A stretch of 63,408 nucleotides of DNA, filler included, from Chiloscyllium plagiosum (taxonomy: Eukaryota): the NCBI RefSeq assembly GCF_004010195.1. It is 7 parts of 7 records of this genome, joined end to end, with 100 filler letters (N's around TTAATTAATTAA, not from the genome) between each part and the next. Parts side by side here need not be neighbours in the genome. Positions count along the whole stretch, not along the records: positions 52,068 to 63,408 come from NW_025206240.1; 6 more parts are not named here. The stretch is one strand, 5' to 3'. Numbering within the stretch: the first letter of the stretch is position 1; each line of letters begins with the position of its first letter. Positions 61,388 to 63,408 of this stretch are shown here, piece by piece. Under the pieces are notes generated by a model that saw only the letters and a list, made by a program, of their open reading frames with translations, searched no databases and was not told where the DNA came from. The position numbers were made by a program, and so were the translations under genes.

Positions 61388-62531
61388 CAGCCATTTGGAG
61401 AATCCAATACAATCTGTCAACCAATCCCATCAGTTCCCAATGGGCAGGATCTGTTACAATTGTCCCAATTATCCCAATCATCACAGAACTGGGACTGGAA
61501 ATGGGACAGCGACAATGCTGATTTATTACATTGTGTTTCAGAAATCCAACAAAACAGTGTGGAACGTTCCCATTGTGTACTTTTGATTGGATTAGTCTCT
61601 GCAATGGCTGCAATATTTGGAATAATCATCTGGAAAAAGCCCTGGAGAGGTAAGAATCCAAGAGAGGGGAATATAGATCTGAGGGGACAGAGTGAGTGTG
61701 GGGGAATCTCCAGTACTGGGAGTACAGGGCACTGTGGGGAATGGAACTGATTGAATTCCCACACAGATACACACGTATAAACACGTATTGTTCCCTGTCT
61801 TAAACCCACTGCACACACCCCATTCCTCACTGATTGAATATTGATGCAATGGAAGAGATGTCGAAAATCTCCACAAAGTGTAAGGATGGAGGGAAGTGTG
61901 GGAATGAGGATTTCTGACACAGTCTCCATCCCCTCACACTGTGTTGTCATCCTTTGAGAATGGATTATTCCCCATTCTAATGGACATTTACTTTGTTTCT
62001 GCAGGTTCACCAAGTGGGACCTACACAACAGCTCCCAGTAAGTGACTGAGGGGACAGAGTGTTGGGAATGATGGGAGAGGGATTGGAAGGTGTAGAGTTA
62101 CATTCTCCTGGATGGGACACTCATCAGTTTCCTCACGGTTCAATCCTTCATGACTCCCTTATCCTTCACTTCCTCAACTCCATCCTCCCCAACCTCTCCT
62201 TCCAACCCTCACCCCCTATTTTCCCATCCCCTAGTCCCAGTCCCTCCAGTCCTTCACCCTTGACTCTCTCTGGACTGTGTTGTGTGAGTGTTGTTAGTTA
62301 ATGCTGAGGCTGTTTGAATCCTGGGTCCAGTGAGTATGAGAGAATGTTTCAGAGTGTGTCATTTTATATTTCAGTCCATTTCAAACATTATTTTTTATTT
62401 TCTCAGCTTGGACGTCTCTATTCCAGCTTCTTCATAATTTAGTCAATGATATATCAACTTCTCTCCGGAGACTTATTTGGAAATTCCTCCCTCCCCTCCT
62501 GTCCCTATCTCACCCTCTGACACACCTTTAA
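60671..62531 (+). pseudogene. Nonclassical MHC class I pseudogene (gene B): alpha2 60671-60946, alpha3 61060-61335, TM 61542-61649, cytoplasmic 62005-62037, possible last exon 62407-62531
   Basis: GT-AG phase-1 exons paralogous to gene A. TGG>TAG stop at 60793-60795 in alpha2 and loss of the F-strand Tyr codon in alpha3 (DQSC versus EQYSC). No alpha1 or leader exon found upstream. Confidence 0.87.
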
Positions 62532-63408
62532 AACCTGTCAGACTCATTTCAACCCTCTCCTTGCCACGTTTCACCCTCTCCGATACTGTTAATAGCTGCC
62601 AGTCTAATGTCCCTCCCCTCCCCACCCTGGAGTGATTGCCTTGTGTCTGTACATTCCTTACCTCATGAGTTTCCCGGGCTCTGCTGCAGGACCTTTCCGG
62701 AGCCTCATTGCAGAATAATGGGATTCTCCTATTCCAATGTGAACATGGACATCACCGTCCGTCCTTCCAGTAAAGACAGCTCATTGCTCACACCCAGTTC
62801 TTTCATAATTGAGATCATTTTTCACCCGGGTATGTGTTTCCACAGATTGAGCAGTGGATCCCAGATCCCCAGGTTTGAATCCTGGTTCTTCAGTAGGACG
62901 TTCTCAAGTTGTGTTTCCATCCCGTCTCAGAAATGTAAGCAGTGTCACCGTCAGAGGGATCTTCACAGATGGTTCCTCCCTCACACTTTCTCATCCTCAC
63001 TGTCTTCAGTGGGTCACTGATTGACCTGAAATGAAGCAATGTCCTACAATATTTTAGATTATAGGAAAGTGATCTATTTTGCACTTTATGTAAATATATT
63101 CATATAGATTCTGTAACTGTCATTTTATGTTGATGTATATCTCGCATCATTTTTCTCTCACTATTTTGTTTTTATCAAATCTATTTTAAGATTGAAGGAA
63201 CCCATGTGACTGTTGTGGGGAAAATCACCAGCCTCGGGGTCAGAGTCGGATTCAACGACAGACTTTATTGTACAAGGAAATCCCAGAGCTCCGGGGAGAG
63301 ACAGACACCAACAGCACAGTGGGCAGCTGCGAGTCCTCTCTCAACCCAGAGCACATGTCAGGATACTTTTATACATTTTGTGATATAATAGGTCAGTGAT
63401 GAGGTTAT

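Noticed and set aside
61355-61750. Long Ser/Gln-rich stalk on the class I TM ORF
   Set aside because: Read-through of intron 61336-61541; the acceptor at 61540-61541 matches the paralogue.

Overview
Cartilaginous-fish (shark) genomic DNA, identified from HE1/V-SINE-type SINEs, CR1 LINEs with (TTCTATG)n tails and shark-type Ig/MHC exons. The window is not one locus. It is seven sequence pieces joined by artificial 100-nt spacers (44 N + TTAATTAATTAA + 44 N), so linkage can only be read within a piece. Piece 1 (1-22190) holds a complete six-coding-exon gene that the ORF track shows only in part: a 230-aa type I membrane receptor with one germline-joined VJ-type Ig domain resembling NKp30/NCR3. 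It has an uncharged TM and two ITIMs on duplicated exons, so it is a predicted inhibitory NKp30-like receptor and the most interesting finding. Piece 2 is an IgM CH2 paralogue with a dead splice donor. Piece 3 is a nonclassical MHC class I gene lacking alpha2 Cys164 and with a damaged alpha3 exon end. Piece 4 is an unrearranged IgM VH with a 23-RSS. Piece 5 is IgM CH1-CH4 plus secretory tail, with a stop in CH4. Piece 6 is a frameshifted kappa-type IgL C exon. Piece 7 has MHC class II beta exons head-to-head, without a gap, with a second nonclassical class I pseudogene. Repeats include CR1, Tx1, Penelope-like fragments carrying minimal hammerhead ribozyme motifs, SINEs, solo-LTR-like elements and a pogo/Tigger-type MITE. 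All family assignments are by eye from remembered consensus features; no database searches were run.
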